Part shown: positions 28,891 through 38,557 of the stretch, piece after piece
Numbering within the stretch: position 1 is the stretch's first letter
How the letters are laid out: every line of letters begins with the position of its first letter
Assembly (NCBI GenBank): GCA_965140415.1
Contig: OZ223209.1
Span: forward strand, 544,001-608,000
Direction of reading: 5' to 3'
DNA from: Myxococcota bacterium
GTDB taxonomy: Bacteria > Myxococcota_A > SURF-8
Length of the DNA: 64,000 bases
The notes under the pieces: model-generated
What the model saw: only the letters and a program-made list of their open reading frames with translations
Database searches by the model: none
What the model was told of the DNA's origin: nothing
Translations under genes and position numbers: made by a program

Positions 28891-28939
28891 TTTTCTCCCC
28901 TCATAAACGAGTTGAAGCGGGTGTTTTCACCCGCTTCAA
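28891..28939. repeat. Approx. 45-nt repeat with palindrome, copy 2
   Basis: TTTTCTCCCCTCATAAACGAGTTGAAGCGGGTGTTTTCACCCGCTTC. Confidence 0.7.
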
Positions 28940-29024
28940 ACAGAGACCCTCAATCCCGTTCCCCGCTGCAAATCCAATAATCCAAGTCGCGCCCACGATG
29001 CGCCGATTTAGCGGCGCGGCGCAA

Positions 29025-30233
29025 CTATATTTGTTTCAACAAGTCACCCAGAGTCTCAATCGCCGGAGCCAGATCCTCCAGCGACACCTGCGAGAAGGAC
29101 AACCTGAAGGTATTCTTTCCGGAGCCGTCCAAATAAAAAGGCGCACCGGCTACGAAGGCCACGTTATGATCGACCGCCAAATGCAACAATTCGGTGACGT
29201 CCTGATCTTCGGGCAGATGTACGAACAGGAAAAAACCGCCTAGAGGTCGATTCCAGCGCACGGTTTTCGGAAAATGGCGTTCCATCAATTCAAGGATGAC
29301 ATCGCGCTTGTTGCGATAGAAATCGCTGTTCTGCTTAATCTGCCGCTGCAAATAACCGCGCCGGATGAACTCCAGCGCTACATACTGCGCCAGCGAGTTC
29401 GTGCAGCAGTCCACGAATTGCTTGGCAATGGCCATCTTGCGAACGACTTCGGTTTCTCCCGCCAGCCAGGCCAGGCGCAGACCCGGCACGAAAATTTTAC
29501 TGAAGGAGTGCATGTGGATCACGCGCCCGACCGTATCCAGCGCTTTCAACGATGGTAGCGCCTCGCCTTCGAAACGCAGATCGCCATAGGGATCGTCTTC
29601 GAAGATCATCAGGTCGTGTTCCTCGGCCAGTTTCAGCATTCGCTTACGGCGCGTCAGACTTAAGGTCACACCGGTCGGATTCTGAAAATTCGGGATGACA
29701 TACACACCCTTGACGCGCTTACCCTGATCGTGCAGATTGTTAAGCGTTTGCGCCAGCAGATCGGTGTTCATGCCTTCATCATCCACCGGAACGCCCACCA
29801 TTTCGCCGCCTTGCGAACGCACCGCGCCGGAACCGCCGAAGTAGGTGGGCAGCCCGGCGATCACCACGTCGCCCGGTTCGATGAAAACCCGTGCAGCCAG
29901 ATCCATTCCCTGCTGCGAGCCGTGCAGGATCAGCATGTCATCGGGTTGACAATCAAAGCCCAAGTCGCGCTTGGCGATTTTGGACAATTCCTCCCGCAGA
30001 GCGGGAAGACCTTCGGTAGGGCCATATTGAAAGATTCGCTCAGGCTTGCTCTGCATGAGATCGGCTGTGATTTCCCGGATTTCCTCGGTGGGAAAAGTCG
30101 CCGGATCGGGCCAGCCGCCAGCCAGCGATTTCAAGCCGGGACGGTCGATCAGTTTGCAGATTTCCCGAATAGCGGAGGGCTGTGCGCCTTGTGCGATCGA
30201 GGTGAACAGGTGAGAGAATCGACCGGTAGACAT
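29025..30233 (-). CDS. PLP-dependent aminotransferase class I (2-aminoadipate/aromatic transaminase-like)
   Basis: SAIREI, SLAGGWP, QYGPTEG, PNFQNPTG, EDDPY, SFSKIFVPGLRL motifs. Confidence 0.92.
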   Translation of the reverse strand: MSTGRFSHLFTSIAQGAQPSAIREICKLIDRPGLKSLAGGWPDPATFPTEEIREITADLMQSKPERIFQYGPTEGLPALREELSKIAKRDLGFDCQPDDMLILHGSQQGMDLAARVFIEPGDVVIAGLPTYFGGSGAVRSQGGEMVGVPVDDEGMNTDLLAQTLNNLHDQGKRVKGVYVIPNFQNPTGVTLSLTRRKRMLKLAEEHDLMIFEDDPYGDLRFEGEALPSLKALDTVGRVIHMHSFSKIFVPGLRLAWLAGETEVVRKMAIAKQFVDCCTNSLAQYVALEFIRRGYLQRQIKQNSDFYRNKRDVILELMERHFPKTVRWNRPLGGFFLFVHLPEDQDVTELLHLAVDHNVAFVAGAPFYLDGSGKNTFRLSFSQVSLEDLAPAIETLGDLLKQI

Positions 30234-30289
30234 CAGGTACCTCCAATGTAAATCTCCCCGGCGGAAGATCCGCCGGAGAGTGAAAAAAC

Positions 30290-31549
30290 TCAGCGATGCA
30301 GATTCTTGGCGCAGACCACACCGATCCCGGCACGGGTCAGGGCATCGGCGGTCAGATTCAGCGAATGGTGCTTGTCGAGGTAGTTGAGTTGCAGTTTGTC
30401 CATCAAACCGGCTTCCACGATCTGCTCTTTGGGCAGGAAGTATTCCAGAATGTCGCTGGGATGTTCGCGGGTGACTTCGATGTCCGGTTCGCCGCCTTCA
30501 TGTTTGGCAGAAATATTGGGAACTTCCTTGGCGACTTCCACCAGTTCATCGCGGCGGTTGTAAGGCTGAACGACGATGGATTTATAGGTTTCGGTGATGT
30601 GATGCTCGAAGCGAACCACCTTTTCCAAACCCAGCGCTTTGCGCAATTTACTGGCCTGCCGGATGGTGTCGTTGTCTACCGAGTTACTGAAGTTGAAGCC
30701 GATCAGCGAGGTGGTGCCGTCTTCCCGCGCGAACAGGCGCGCCGCCATCAAGGTCCACAGCACCGCCATGGGATTGTCGTTGCCCATGTACACCGAAATC
30801 TTGAATTCGTTGTCGATGCCCATTTTGTGGATCAGGTAAGCGGCAAGAATAGTTCCCGCGTTGATATTGAGCACCTGCCGAATTCCGTAAGTAGTGTAAT
30901 AACGCAGGTATTCATCCACCCAGTCGAAGGGATGGCGATTGGGTTGGCCGATGCCGCCGAAATAACCGGTGATGGTGTCCGGTCCACCCAGATGCACGTT
31001 GGATCCGTCGGTGCCTTTGGTATCCAGCGTTTCGACGTAACTGGCGCCGATGATCTGCATGGCCGCCGCTACCGCCAGCGTGTCGCCGTTATCGGCCACT
31101 TGCTCTTGCATGTTACGCACGCGGATGATGCGCCCCGGCATCAGTTCGCGCTTTTCGATGGACTGCTTCGCCTGCGCAACCAGCCACGGGAAAAACTGTA
31201 ATGCGCTGATTTCCAACGTGACCGCGTTGTTTTCGTCGATGGACACATCCTTACCACCCAGCACCCGGTCGCGATAGTCGGCCACGGAAATAAAAGCGTT
31301 TTTATCCCGCTGTTCGGCCAGCCATTCGACATCCGCCAAGTAAGGCGAATTCATCTCCTTCAGCCGCCCCATCAAGCTATCCAACTGACGCGCGTCATTG
31401 GCTTTTTGGTTGATCGCGTCCGGGCCGCCATGACGCTCGACGACTTCCAGCAGGTCGTTGATGGTTTCATTATTTGGATCGGCCAACAGCGCATTGACTT
31501 CGTTCAATCGCTCGGCGGAAATGCTCAGTCGGTCGCGTAATTCACTCAT
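30290..31549 (-). CDS. Uncharacterised enzyme-like protein in panB operon
   Basis: 419 aa, strong coding bias; motifs TLDTKGTDGSNVHLGG, FEHHITE, SAKHEGG; no function recognised. Confidence 0.8.
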   Translation of the reverse strand: MSELRDRLSISAERLNEVNALLADPNNETINDLLEVVERHGGPDAINQKANDARQLDSLMGRLKEMNSPYLADVEWLAEQRDKNAFISVADYRDRVLGGKDVSIDENNAVTLEISALQFFPWLVAQAKQSIEKRELMPGRIIRVRNMQEQVADNGDTLAVAAAMQIIGASYVETLDTKGTDGSNVHLGGPDTITGYFGGIGQPNRHPFDWVDEYLRYYTTYGIRQVLNINAGTILAAYLIHKMGIDNEFKISVYMGNDNPMAVLWTLMAARLFAREDGTTSLIGFNFSNSVDNDTIRQASKLRKALGLEKVVRFEHHITETYKSIVVQPYNRRDELVEVAKEVPNISAKHEGGEPDIEVTREHPSDILEYFLPKEQIVEAGLMDKLQLNYLDKHHSLNLTADALTRAGIGVVCAKNLHR

Positions 31550-31614
31550 GTTTTTTTCTCCCACAAGGGTTGATGCTCGTTGGTTGTTGCGTTGGTTGTC
31601 GTTCTTAAACGGAA

Positions 31615-32469
31615 CTACTCGTATTTCTTGATCAATTCGGCGAACTTCTCGCCTTCGCCTTCGAGCATGTGGTAGCAGTGCTCATCCAGCGGGAAGGTTC
31701 CAGCGCGCACTTCATCGCCGTACGCTTTCAGTGCATCGGTTACGCTTTGCGCAACGTTGGCATATTTCTTGACGAATTTCGGTGTAAACGCCTGGAACTG
31801 ACCGATCACGTCGCTGACGATCAGCAGTTGACCATCGCAGTTCATGCCCGCGCCGATGCTCAGCACCGGAATGCGCAGCTTGCTCGCGATAAAGCCGCTG
31901 ACTTCCGGCGGAACCGCTTCCAGCAGCAACATATGAATGCCTGCTTCTTCCAGCGCCAAAGCGTCTTCGATCAGCGCCTGGGCCGACTCGACGGTGCGTC
32001 CCTGCGCCTTGTGGCCACCCAGTTGACCGGAGCTTTGCGGCGTAAGACCGATATGACCGATGACGACGATACCGGCATCCAGAATCGCCCTGATCTGCGG
32101 AATGACGCGCTTTCCGCCTTCCAGCTTGATGGCGTCGCAGGAGGCTTCCTTTAAAAAGCGTCCCGCGTTTTCCACGGCGACCATCGGGGTGGTCTGATAA
32201 CTCATGAAAGGCATATCGCCAACGACAAAGGTGTTGGGCGCGCCGCGATGAACGGCTTCGGAATGATAGATCATCTGATCCATCTTCACCGGCACGGTAG
32301 ACGGATACCCGTATACGCACATGCCCAGCGAATCTCCGACCAGGATCATGTCTACGCCAGCCGCTTCGGCGAACTGGGCCGTAGGATAATCGTAGGAAGT
32401 GATCCAAACGATCTTTTCGCCCTGGGCTTTCATACGGTAAAAATCGTGAATCATTTTCTTTTTCGCCAT
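31615..32469 (-). CDS. panB: 3-methyl-2-oxobutanoate hydroxymethyltransferase
   Basis: TSYDY, ILVGDSLGM, GDMPFMSY, KLEGG, GHIGLTPQ, IGAG..CDGQ motifs. Confidence 0.96.
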   Translation of the reverse strand: MAKKKMIHDFYRMKAQGEKIVWITSYDYPTAQFAEAAGVDMILVGDSLGMCVYGYPSTVPVKMDQMIYHSEAVHRGAPNTFVVGDMPFMSYQTTPMVAVENAGRFLKEASCDAIKLEGGKRVIPQIRAILDAGIVVIGHIGLTPQSSGQLGGHKAQGRTVESAQALIEDALALEEAGIHMLLLEAVPPEVSGFIASKLRIPVLSIGAGMNCDGQLLIVSDVIGQFQAFTPKFVKKYANVAQSVTDALKAYGDEVRAGTFPLDEHCYHMLEGEGEKFAELIKKYE

Positions 32470-32532
32470 GCCGTTCTCCTTATCGGTTTTATTTGTTTAC
32501 ATCCATCGTAAAAGCATAAAAACGCCGGTTGC

Positions 32533-33009
32533 TCAGATGTCCTCGCTTGTATCGTCGCCAATGGGCCAGCCGCAATCCGCCTTGACTTCGCTCAGTACGA
32601 GAAAGGTTTCCACGCGACCAATGCCGGGAATGGCGGCGATGTTCTCCTTGACCAGTTCGCCCCAGTGCTTCAAATCGCGTGCGGCGAGTTGTAACAGGTA
32701 GTCGAAACGGCCCGTGGTGTGATAGCAGGCGCGCACGAAAGACAGCTCGGTCACGCTCTGCTCGAAACTGCGGATGCAGTCTGCATCGTGCTGCACCAGG
32801 GCGACGGAAATGAATCCCTGCAACGGCAGGCCGATGCTCTCCGGGTCGACGTCGGCATGATAGCCGCGCAGTACGCCACGCTCTTCAAGGCGGCGAATGC
32901 GGTCGAGCATGGTCGAAGGCGCCACCCCGATTTCACGCGCCAGTTCGGCGTTGGTGCGGCGTCCGTTCTGTTGCAGGGCCTCGATGATTCGCAGGTCGGT
33001 TGTATCCAT
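32533..33009 (-). CDS. Lrp/AsnC family transcriptional regulator
   Basis: MDTTDLRIIEALQQNGR HTH, TGRFDYLL RAM domain. Confidence 0.95.
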   Translation of the reverse strand: MDTTDLRIIEALQQNGRRTNAELAREIGVAPSTMLDRIRRLEERGVLRGYHADVDPESIGLPLQGFISVALVQHDADCIRSFEQSVTELSFVRACYHTTGRFDYLLQLAARDLKHWGELVKENIAAIPGIGRVETFLVLSEVKADCGWPIGDDTSEDI

Positions 33010-33253
33010 GGCTCACCTGAATGATTGGAACTATAAAGACGATGATATTGGCGATTGTTCGATTGTCAAGCAATATCATCGAATGATTGCATCTGATTTC
33101 GACAATTACACCGAACATGCCAAATTGAAAACAATCGCAATTTCAACCACACGCTCCACCGGTTTCGAACGAATTGATTTGACTTGACATTCTCCAATTG
33201 GTACGTCACATTTCAAAGATTGACTGCTGCAAATACAAACCTATGAGGAACGG

Positions 33254-34453
33254 ATGGACCCGATTACACGACTGCTGGTTAAGCTCTTCACTCCCAATGT
33301 CGATGAGCTGTCTCCCGCCAAGAAAAAAGCCACACTGGGTTTGTTGGAAGGCTATGTCAGCCTGGTGGTCAATATCCTTTTGTCGGTAGCCAAGATCGCC
33401 ATCGGTGTGCTTTCCGGCAGCGTGGCGCTACTGGCCGATGCCGTTCATACCTTGACCGACTGCATCTCCTCGGGTGTGCTGATTGTCGGTGCCTATGTGG
33501 CACGCAAACCGGCGGACAAGGAACATCCTTTCGGGCATGGGCGCTCCGAACACATTGTCAGCATCGTGATTGCTATCCTATTGGGAGTGACCGCCATCGA
33601 GTTCGGCAAAGAGTCGATTTTCCGCATCATGGACCCCAAACCGATGCAGATCAGCGGCTTGATGATCGCAGCGGTGATCGGCACCATGGTCGTAAAATAC
33701 TGGAACAGCATCTTTGCGCGGGCGCTGGCCAAACAAAGCGGCTCGGGCGCGATCGAAGCGGATTTCTGGCACCATATGACGGATGTTTTCACGACCGGGT
33801 TGGCGCTGGTAGCGATCATCGCTGCCAATTTTTCCATTTTCTGGCTCGATGGCGTGATGGGTGTGGCCGTCAGTCTGGTGCTGTTGTGGGTAGCCTGGGA
33901 AATCGCCAAAGAGGCGGCTAGTCCGTTAATGGGAGCCGCACCGAGCGACGACGAACTTGTTGAAATCAAAGAGAAATCTCTAAGAATCGAAGAAGTTCGC
34001 GACATCCACGATGTGGTGGTGCATCACTATGGCGATGTGCGCCAGATCTCGTTACATGCCGAAGTAAGCGACAAATTGAGCGCGTTGGAAAGCCATGATA
34101 TTGCGGAGCGGTTACAGGCTGCCATCGCCGAAAACGAACACGGCTCGGTCGTGGTGCATATCGATCCGATCAACGACGATCACCCCTTATACGATCCGAT
34201 TCGGCAGCACCTGCTTGCCTTGATCGAAAACCTGCCGGGAGTGGATTCCTTCCACGACCTGCGCCTGGTGGGAGACGATCGCTCGGTTGCGGCAATTCTG
34301 GATGTCAAAGTCAATTGCGCCCCCAACGACAAGTTGCGAAGCGAACTGACCGAGGCCTTCCTCAATCACCTGAAACTGACGTTGCCGCAGGTGCAGGCAA
34401 TCACTTTAAACCTGGAACCGCTTTTCAATAATGCCGTAAATACTCCAAGATAA
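33254..34453 (+). CDS. Cation diffusion facilitator (FieF-like) transporter with duplicated C-terminal domain
   Basis: SVALLADAVHTLTD, PADKEHPFGHGR, HHMTD, VHIDP motifs. Confidence 0.93.
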   Translation: MDPITRLLVKLFTPNVDELSPAKKKATLGLLEGYVSLVVNILLSVAKIAIGVLSGSVALLADAVHTLTDCISSGVLIVGAYVARKPADKEHPFGHGRSEHIVSIVIAILLGVTAIEFGKESIFRIMDPKPMQISGLMIAAVIGTMVVKYWNSIFARALAKQSGSGAIEADFWHHMTDVFTTGLALVAIIAANFSIFWLDGVMGVAVSLVLLWVAWEIAKEAASPLMGAAPSDDELVEIKEKSLRIEEVRDIHDVVVHHYGDVRQISLHAEVSDKLSALESHDIAERLQAAIAENEHGSVVVHIDPINDDHPLYDPIRQHLLALIENLPGVDSFHDLRLVGDDRSVAAILDVKVNCAPNDKLRSELTEAFLNHLKLTLPQVQAITLNLEPLFNNAVNTPR

Positions 34454-34480
34454 CCGTGCTGCAGCATCATTAGAAGAGAT

Positions 34481-34535
34481 GGATCAGGATTGTATCCTGA
34501 TCCGAAACGTTGCGCGCGGGATGCAATCCCGCGCG
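34481..34535. repeat. Twin 23-nt palindromes between convergent genes
   Basis: GGATCAGGAT-TGT-ATCCTGATCC and CGCGCGGGAT-GCA-ATCCCGCGCG. Confidence 0.7.
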
Positions 34536-34578
34536 ATCATGAGGAAAAACAAATTATCCCGACATTTCCTACAATTTG

Positions 34579-34788
34579 TCAATCTTTTGATGATTCTTTA
34601 TCTGCGCGTTTTTCCAGAGCGACTGGGCAGTTGGCCTGATTGCAGCCGGAACAGGAGCCGGAGCAGTCTTTGGTGCAGGTCAACTCATCCTGTTCGCTCG
34701 GATGAAAGAAACGCCACAATTTCAGCGCCACCCACACCAGCGCCACACATGAAATTGCAAATACTACAATGACTTCAAGCAGTTGCAT
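34579..34788 (-). CDS. FeoB-associated Cys-rich small membrane protein
   Basis: N-terminal TM helix then CTKDCSGSCSGC..CP; directly after feoB. Confidence 0.8.
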   Translation of the reverse strand: MQLLEVIVVFAISCVALVWVALKLWRFFHPSEQDELTCTKDCSGSCSGCNQANCPVALEKRADKESSKD

Positions 34789-34815
34789 GATACTTACTTC
34801 ACTTCCGGCGAGCTG

Positions 34816-37041
34816 CTATAGCAACAGTCGCCCAATTTGATAAACCAGAGTGCTCAGCACCCAGGCCAACGCCGTCAATCCGCCGAACTGCAAAAATGCC
34901 CATTTCCAGGAACCGCTTTCCTTGCGCGTGGCGGCCAGCGTCGCCATGCAGGGTGTGGCGATCAGTAAAAAGAGCATCAGCGAAAAGGCGATTAACGGTG
35001 TGTATGCTTCCGCCAGGCGGTCGCGCAAAGAATCGGTGGAGCTTTCGTCGTCGCCCAGGGCAAAAACGATCCCCATCTGCGCCACGAAGACTTCCTTGGC
35101 GGCGAATGCGCCGATCAGCGCGGTACTGATGCGCCAGTCAAAGCCCATCGGCTTGGTGACCCATTCCATGATTTTGCCGATGCGTCCTGCGGCGGAATAC
35201 TCCAGGTTTTCCATTTGCTTGACGCGCTCCACCTGCTCGGGTAGCAGGATTTCCACGCCATCCGGCGCCAAGGCGCGTGCAGCGTACAACTGGCTTTCGA
35301 TGACCTTGTCGTGCTGCTCTTCCGGCATGTTTTCGGGCACCACCGGTTGCAACACCCGCGTTTTACCCCGTTCGATGTCGCGGTCGATTTGGTAGCTTTC
35401 CGGCTGCGGATAGGTGGAGAACAGCCACATCACAATAGAAATTCCAAGGATAATCGTTCCCGCTTTGCGCATATACAGCCAGCCGCGTTCGAACATTTTC
35501 CCTATAAGCGCCTTCAAGGTCGGCATGCGGTAGGGTGGCAGTTCCATCACAAAGGGCGTCTCTTCACCTTTCAATAAGGTGGAGCGCAATAGCCGCGCCA
35601 GCACGACTGCCAGCAGGATACCGATCATGTAAATCAGCCAGAGCATCGGCGCGCGCCATTGCTCCGGGAAAAAGGCCGGAATCAACAGCATCCAGATCGG
35701 CAGACGCGCCCCGCAACTCATCAACGGCAATACCAGCATGGTCGTTAATCGGTCGCGCTCGTTTTCCAGCGTGCGTGTAGCCAGAATGCCGGGAATGGTA
35801 CAGCCGAAACCGCTGATCATCGGAATGAAGCTCTTGCCATGCAAGCCGAACTTGTGCATCACACGATCAACCAGAAATGCCGCCCGCGAGAGATAACCGG
35901 TGTCCTCCAGAAAAGCCAGACCCAGAAAAAGTAGAAGGATATTGGGAAGAAAGACAATCACCCCGCCTACACCGGCGATGATACCGTCTACCAGTAACGA
36001 GCGTAGCGGTGAGGCGGACCCCTCCGGCCAGAATCCGCTGATGGTATCTCCCAGCCAGGAAAAACCGGCTTCGATCCAACCCATGGGATAATCGCCCAAG
36101 GTGAAGGTCAGATAGAACAGCAGGTACATCGCCGCAAGAAACGTAACCAGTCCCAACCTGCGACTACACAGAATCGCATCGATCTTATCGGACAATTGCC
36201 GCGCATTTTCACGCGCTTCGGAAAGTGTAACCTCTTTCAACAGCCCGAAAACAAAGCCGTATAACTGATCGGCCAAATAGGTGGCGATATCCAATTCGGT
36301 TTCGTATTCCAACTCCTCGCGAAGGCTCTGGGCTTTTTGTAGAATACGGTCGAACCGTTCGGGCATCCGCTTTCGCACCCATTGTTCCGTGGTCGGGTCG
36401 TCTTCGATCAGTTTCATGGCCAGCCAGCGCGGCGGTCGCGCATCGGGCCGGTCGTCGTGCAATAGCGGAGCCAATTGGCAGAGGGCGCCATCCAGACGAT
36501 CTCCCACCACCAACCTCGGTTTGGGCTTGGGATTCCGCCCTACCTGCTCGATTAAATCCTTTAAGCGATCGATTCCCGCAGGCTTGTGTCCAACTGTTTC
36601 AACCACTGGGAATCCCAACAGATTCTGCATCTGTTCCAGATCCAGTTGCTGCCCCGCCGCGTGGGCTTCGTCGCTCATATTCAGAGCCAGAATAATATTG
36701 GATTCGGCGAGCATAACCTGCGTCAACAGGTATAAATGACGCTTCAAGCTTGTGGAATCCACCACAACCACGATGACGTCGTAGCGACCGGAAAGAATTT
36801 CGCGCCGGGCAATACGTTCCTCGGGCGAATAATGCGTCAGGCTGTACGTGCCGGGCAGATCGTGGATTTCATATTGTTGATCCTGATAGCGATAGCGGCC
36901 TTGCTTCTTTTCAACCGTAACGCCTGGATAATTTCCGACTTTCTGATGTGCTCCGGTGAGGGCGTTGAAGAGGCTGGTTTTCCCTGCATTGGGATTTCCT
37001 GCCAGCGCGATGCGCACATCCGGTTTCTGCTGCTCACTCAT
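34816..37041 (-). CDS. feoB: Ferrous iron transport protein B
   Basis: GNPNAGKT, VGNYPGVTVE, DLPGTYSL, GFGC, MSCGARLP, MELPPY motifs. Confidence 0.97.
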   Translation of the reverse strand: MSEQQKPDVRIALAGNPNAGKTSLFNALTGAHQKVGNYPGVTVEKKQGRYRYQDQQYEIHDLPGTYSLTHYSPEERIARREILSGRYDVIVVVVDSTSLKRHLYLLTQVMLAESNIILALNMSDEAHAAGQQLDLEQMQNLLGFPVVETVGHKPAGIDRLKDLIEQVGRNPKPKPRLVVGDRLDGALCQLAPLLHDDRPDARPPRWLAMKLIEDDPTTEQWVRKRMPERFDRILQKAQSLREELEYETELDIATYLADQLYGFVFGLLKEVTLSEARENARQLSDKIDAILCSRRLGLVTFLAAMYLLFYLTFTLGDYPMGWIEAGFSWLGDTISGFWPEGSASPLRSLLVDGIIAGVGGVIVFLPNILLLFLGLAFLEDTGYLSRAAFLVDRVMHKFGLHGKSFIPMISGFGCTIPGILATRTLENERDRLTTMLVLPLMSCGARLPIWMLLIPAFFPEQWRAPMLWLIYMIGILLAVVLARLLRSTLLKGEETPFVMELPPYRMPTLKALIGKMFERGWLYMRKAGTIILGISIVMWLFSTYPQPESYQIDRDIERGKTRVLQPVVPENMPEEQHDKVIESQLYAARALAPDGVEILLPEQVERVKQMENLEYSAAGRIGKIMEWVTKPMGFDWRISTALIGAFAAKEVFVAQMGIVFALGDDESSTDSLRDRLAEAYTPLIAFSLMLFLLIATPCMATLAATRKESGSWKWAFLQFGGLTALAWVLSTLVYQIGRLLL

Positions 37042-37105
37042 GCGTATACTTCCCTAATAATATCAGATAAATGCACGGTTTGTCATATGTGCTGTCACAA
37101 GTGGA

Positions 37106-37840
37106 CTATGCTTGAAGGATGACCGCTTCCGCTTCCTTGCGTCGCAGGGAAAGTTGGAATCCCTGGCTCTTGATCCAGACCGGATCGCCGGATGGCGCGA
37201 AACGCTCCAAAATGACTTTGGTGTTGGGTAACAGCCCCATATCCAGCAATCGCTGGCGAATGGCGCCCTTGGCGCGAACCTGGGAGATGATTCCGGTTTC
37301 ACTCGGTTTCAAATCGGCCAAAGTGCGTGGATTTTCCATGCTCAAGCGCCGCAATTGTCCGGCGCGGCTGTTCTGATCGTAGCAGGTGCCCCGGCAAGTA
37401 TCGATTTCGGGGTTGACGGCTTTGCAGTGATGGAAATTGTCGATCAGAATGTGCTTTTCTTCCGGATGGCGATTCAAGAACTCGAAGAAACGAGTCAGCC
37501 GGTCCATGGCTTCATCGGAGAGGTGATGCTCCATCGCACAGGCGTTTTCGTCTGCCGCCTGCTCGTTCAAGTCCAGGATATCACGGAAGAAACGGAAAAG
37601 AATGTCGTGCCGGGCCAATACGCGCCGAGCCGCGATTTCCCCTTCCGGAGTTAAATCGATGTATTCGCGTTGGGAATAGTCGATCAATCCCATTTCCGCC
37701 AGACGGCGCATGGCGGTGGTCACGGAACTCATGCGCACATCACGTGCTTTGGCGATGTCTTTGACGCGCGCCACCTTGTTGTCGCGCACCAGCAGGTATA
37801 CCGTTTCCAGATAATCTTCCAGGGCTTTGGTCATGTCCAT
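37106..37840 (-). CDS. DtxR/MntR-family metal-dependent regulator with C-terminal FeoA domain
   Basis: LEDYLE, ACAMEH motifs; C-terminal RQRLLDMGLLP..APSGDP..LSLRRKEA FeoA domain. Confidence 0.93.
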   Translation of the reverse strand: MDMTKALEDYLETVYLLVRDNKVARVKDIAKARDVRMSSVTTAMRRLAEMGLIDYSQREYIDLTPEGEIAARRVLARHDILFRFFRDILDLNEQAADENACAMEHHLSDEAMDRLTRFFEFLNRHPEEKHILIDNFHHCKAVNPEIDTCRGTCYDQNSRAGQLRRLSMENPRTLADLKPSETGIISQVRAKGAIRQRLLDMGLLPNTKVILERFAPSGDPVWIKSQGFQLSLRRKEAEAVILQA

Positions 37841-37907
37841 GATCGCCTCGCAATGTAATAAGATCGCACGAAACTACGTATGTGACAGCACGACAGAGAA
37901 TAATTGC

Positions 37908-37937
37908 TATCACTGTTAGACAAGTCTAACAGTGATA
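37908..37937. promoter_or_regulatory. Putative DtxR-family operator
   Basis: Perfect palindrome TATCACTGTTAGAC-AA-GTCTAACAGTGATA with TTAG-N6-CTAA core, 67 nt upstream of the regulator start. Confidence 0.8.
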
Positions 37938-38089
37938 TGTTCATGTGTCAATGTCTTTTTTTCCTAAATGAAAAAAATATTGAGGGACTTTGACCCACCT
38001 GTTAAAAAGCCGGGAATGTTCAGAGACTTTTAACTATCCAGCATGTAAGAATGGTTGTGCTGCAGAATGATCTCTAAAGGAGCGAACGG

Positions 38090-38557
38090 TTGAAACTGAC
38101 AAAAGCATGTGATTACGCCTTCCGGCTCATGGTGAATCTGGCGGAAATGGATCAGGATTCGGTGATCAGCATTCGTGAAGCCAGTAAACGCATCAATATC
38201 CCGAAAAGTTTTCTTGGAAATATCGTACAGAAACTTTCAACAGCGGGTCTTGTAGAAACCACCAAAGGAGCAAAAGGCGGTCTACGATTAAAGAAAGACG
38301 CGTTCTCCATTACCGCCCTGGATGTTTACGTGGCGGTGGAAGGACCATTGGAACTGACGACCTGCCAGCATGAGGAAGGCTGTGTACACGAGAGCTACTG
38401 TCCGGTGAATCCTTTTATGGCGAAGCTGCGGGATCAGTTTGTGAAACTCTTCAGCGAAACGACCTTAATCGATATTATTGCCAATGGCAGCGGTCAATTG
38501 TGGGGAGGCCAGTCGCTATTCGAAGCTAAGTCAGCTCAAGAACCGTCCGTATCCTGA
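38090..38557 (+). CDS. Rrf2-family transcriptional regulator
   Basis: TTG start with AAGGAG RBS; KGAKGG wing, VEGP, three Cys (CQHEEGCVHESYC). Confidence 0.93.
   Translation: MKLTKACDYAFRLMVNLAEMDQDSVISIREASKRINIPKSFLGNIVQKLSTAGLVETTKGAKGGLRLKKDAFSITALDVYVAVEGPLELTTCQHEEGCVHESYCPVNPFMAKLRDQFVKLFSETTLIDIIANGSGQLWGGQSLFEAKSAQEPSVS

Noticed and set aside
26016-28939. Integron attC sites around the lipoprotein gene
   Set aside because: Repeats lack RYYYAAC/GTTRRRY ends and no integron integrase is present
38526-38557. 32-nt convergent overlap of rrf2 and kdsA 3' ends
   Set aside because: Short tail-to-tail overlaps are common; no sign of frameshift in either gene
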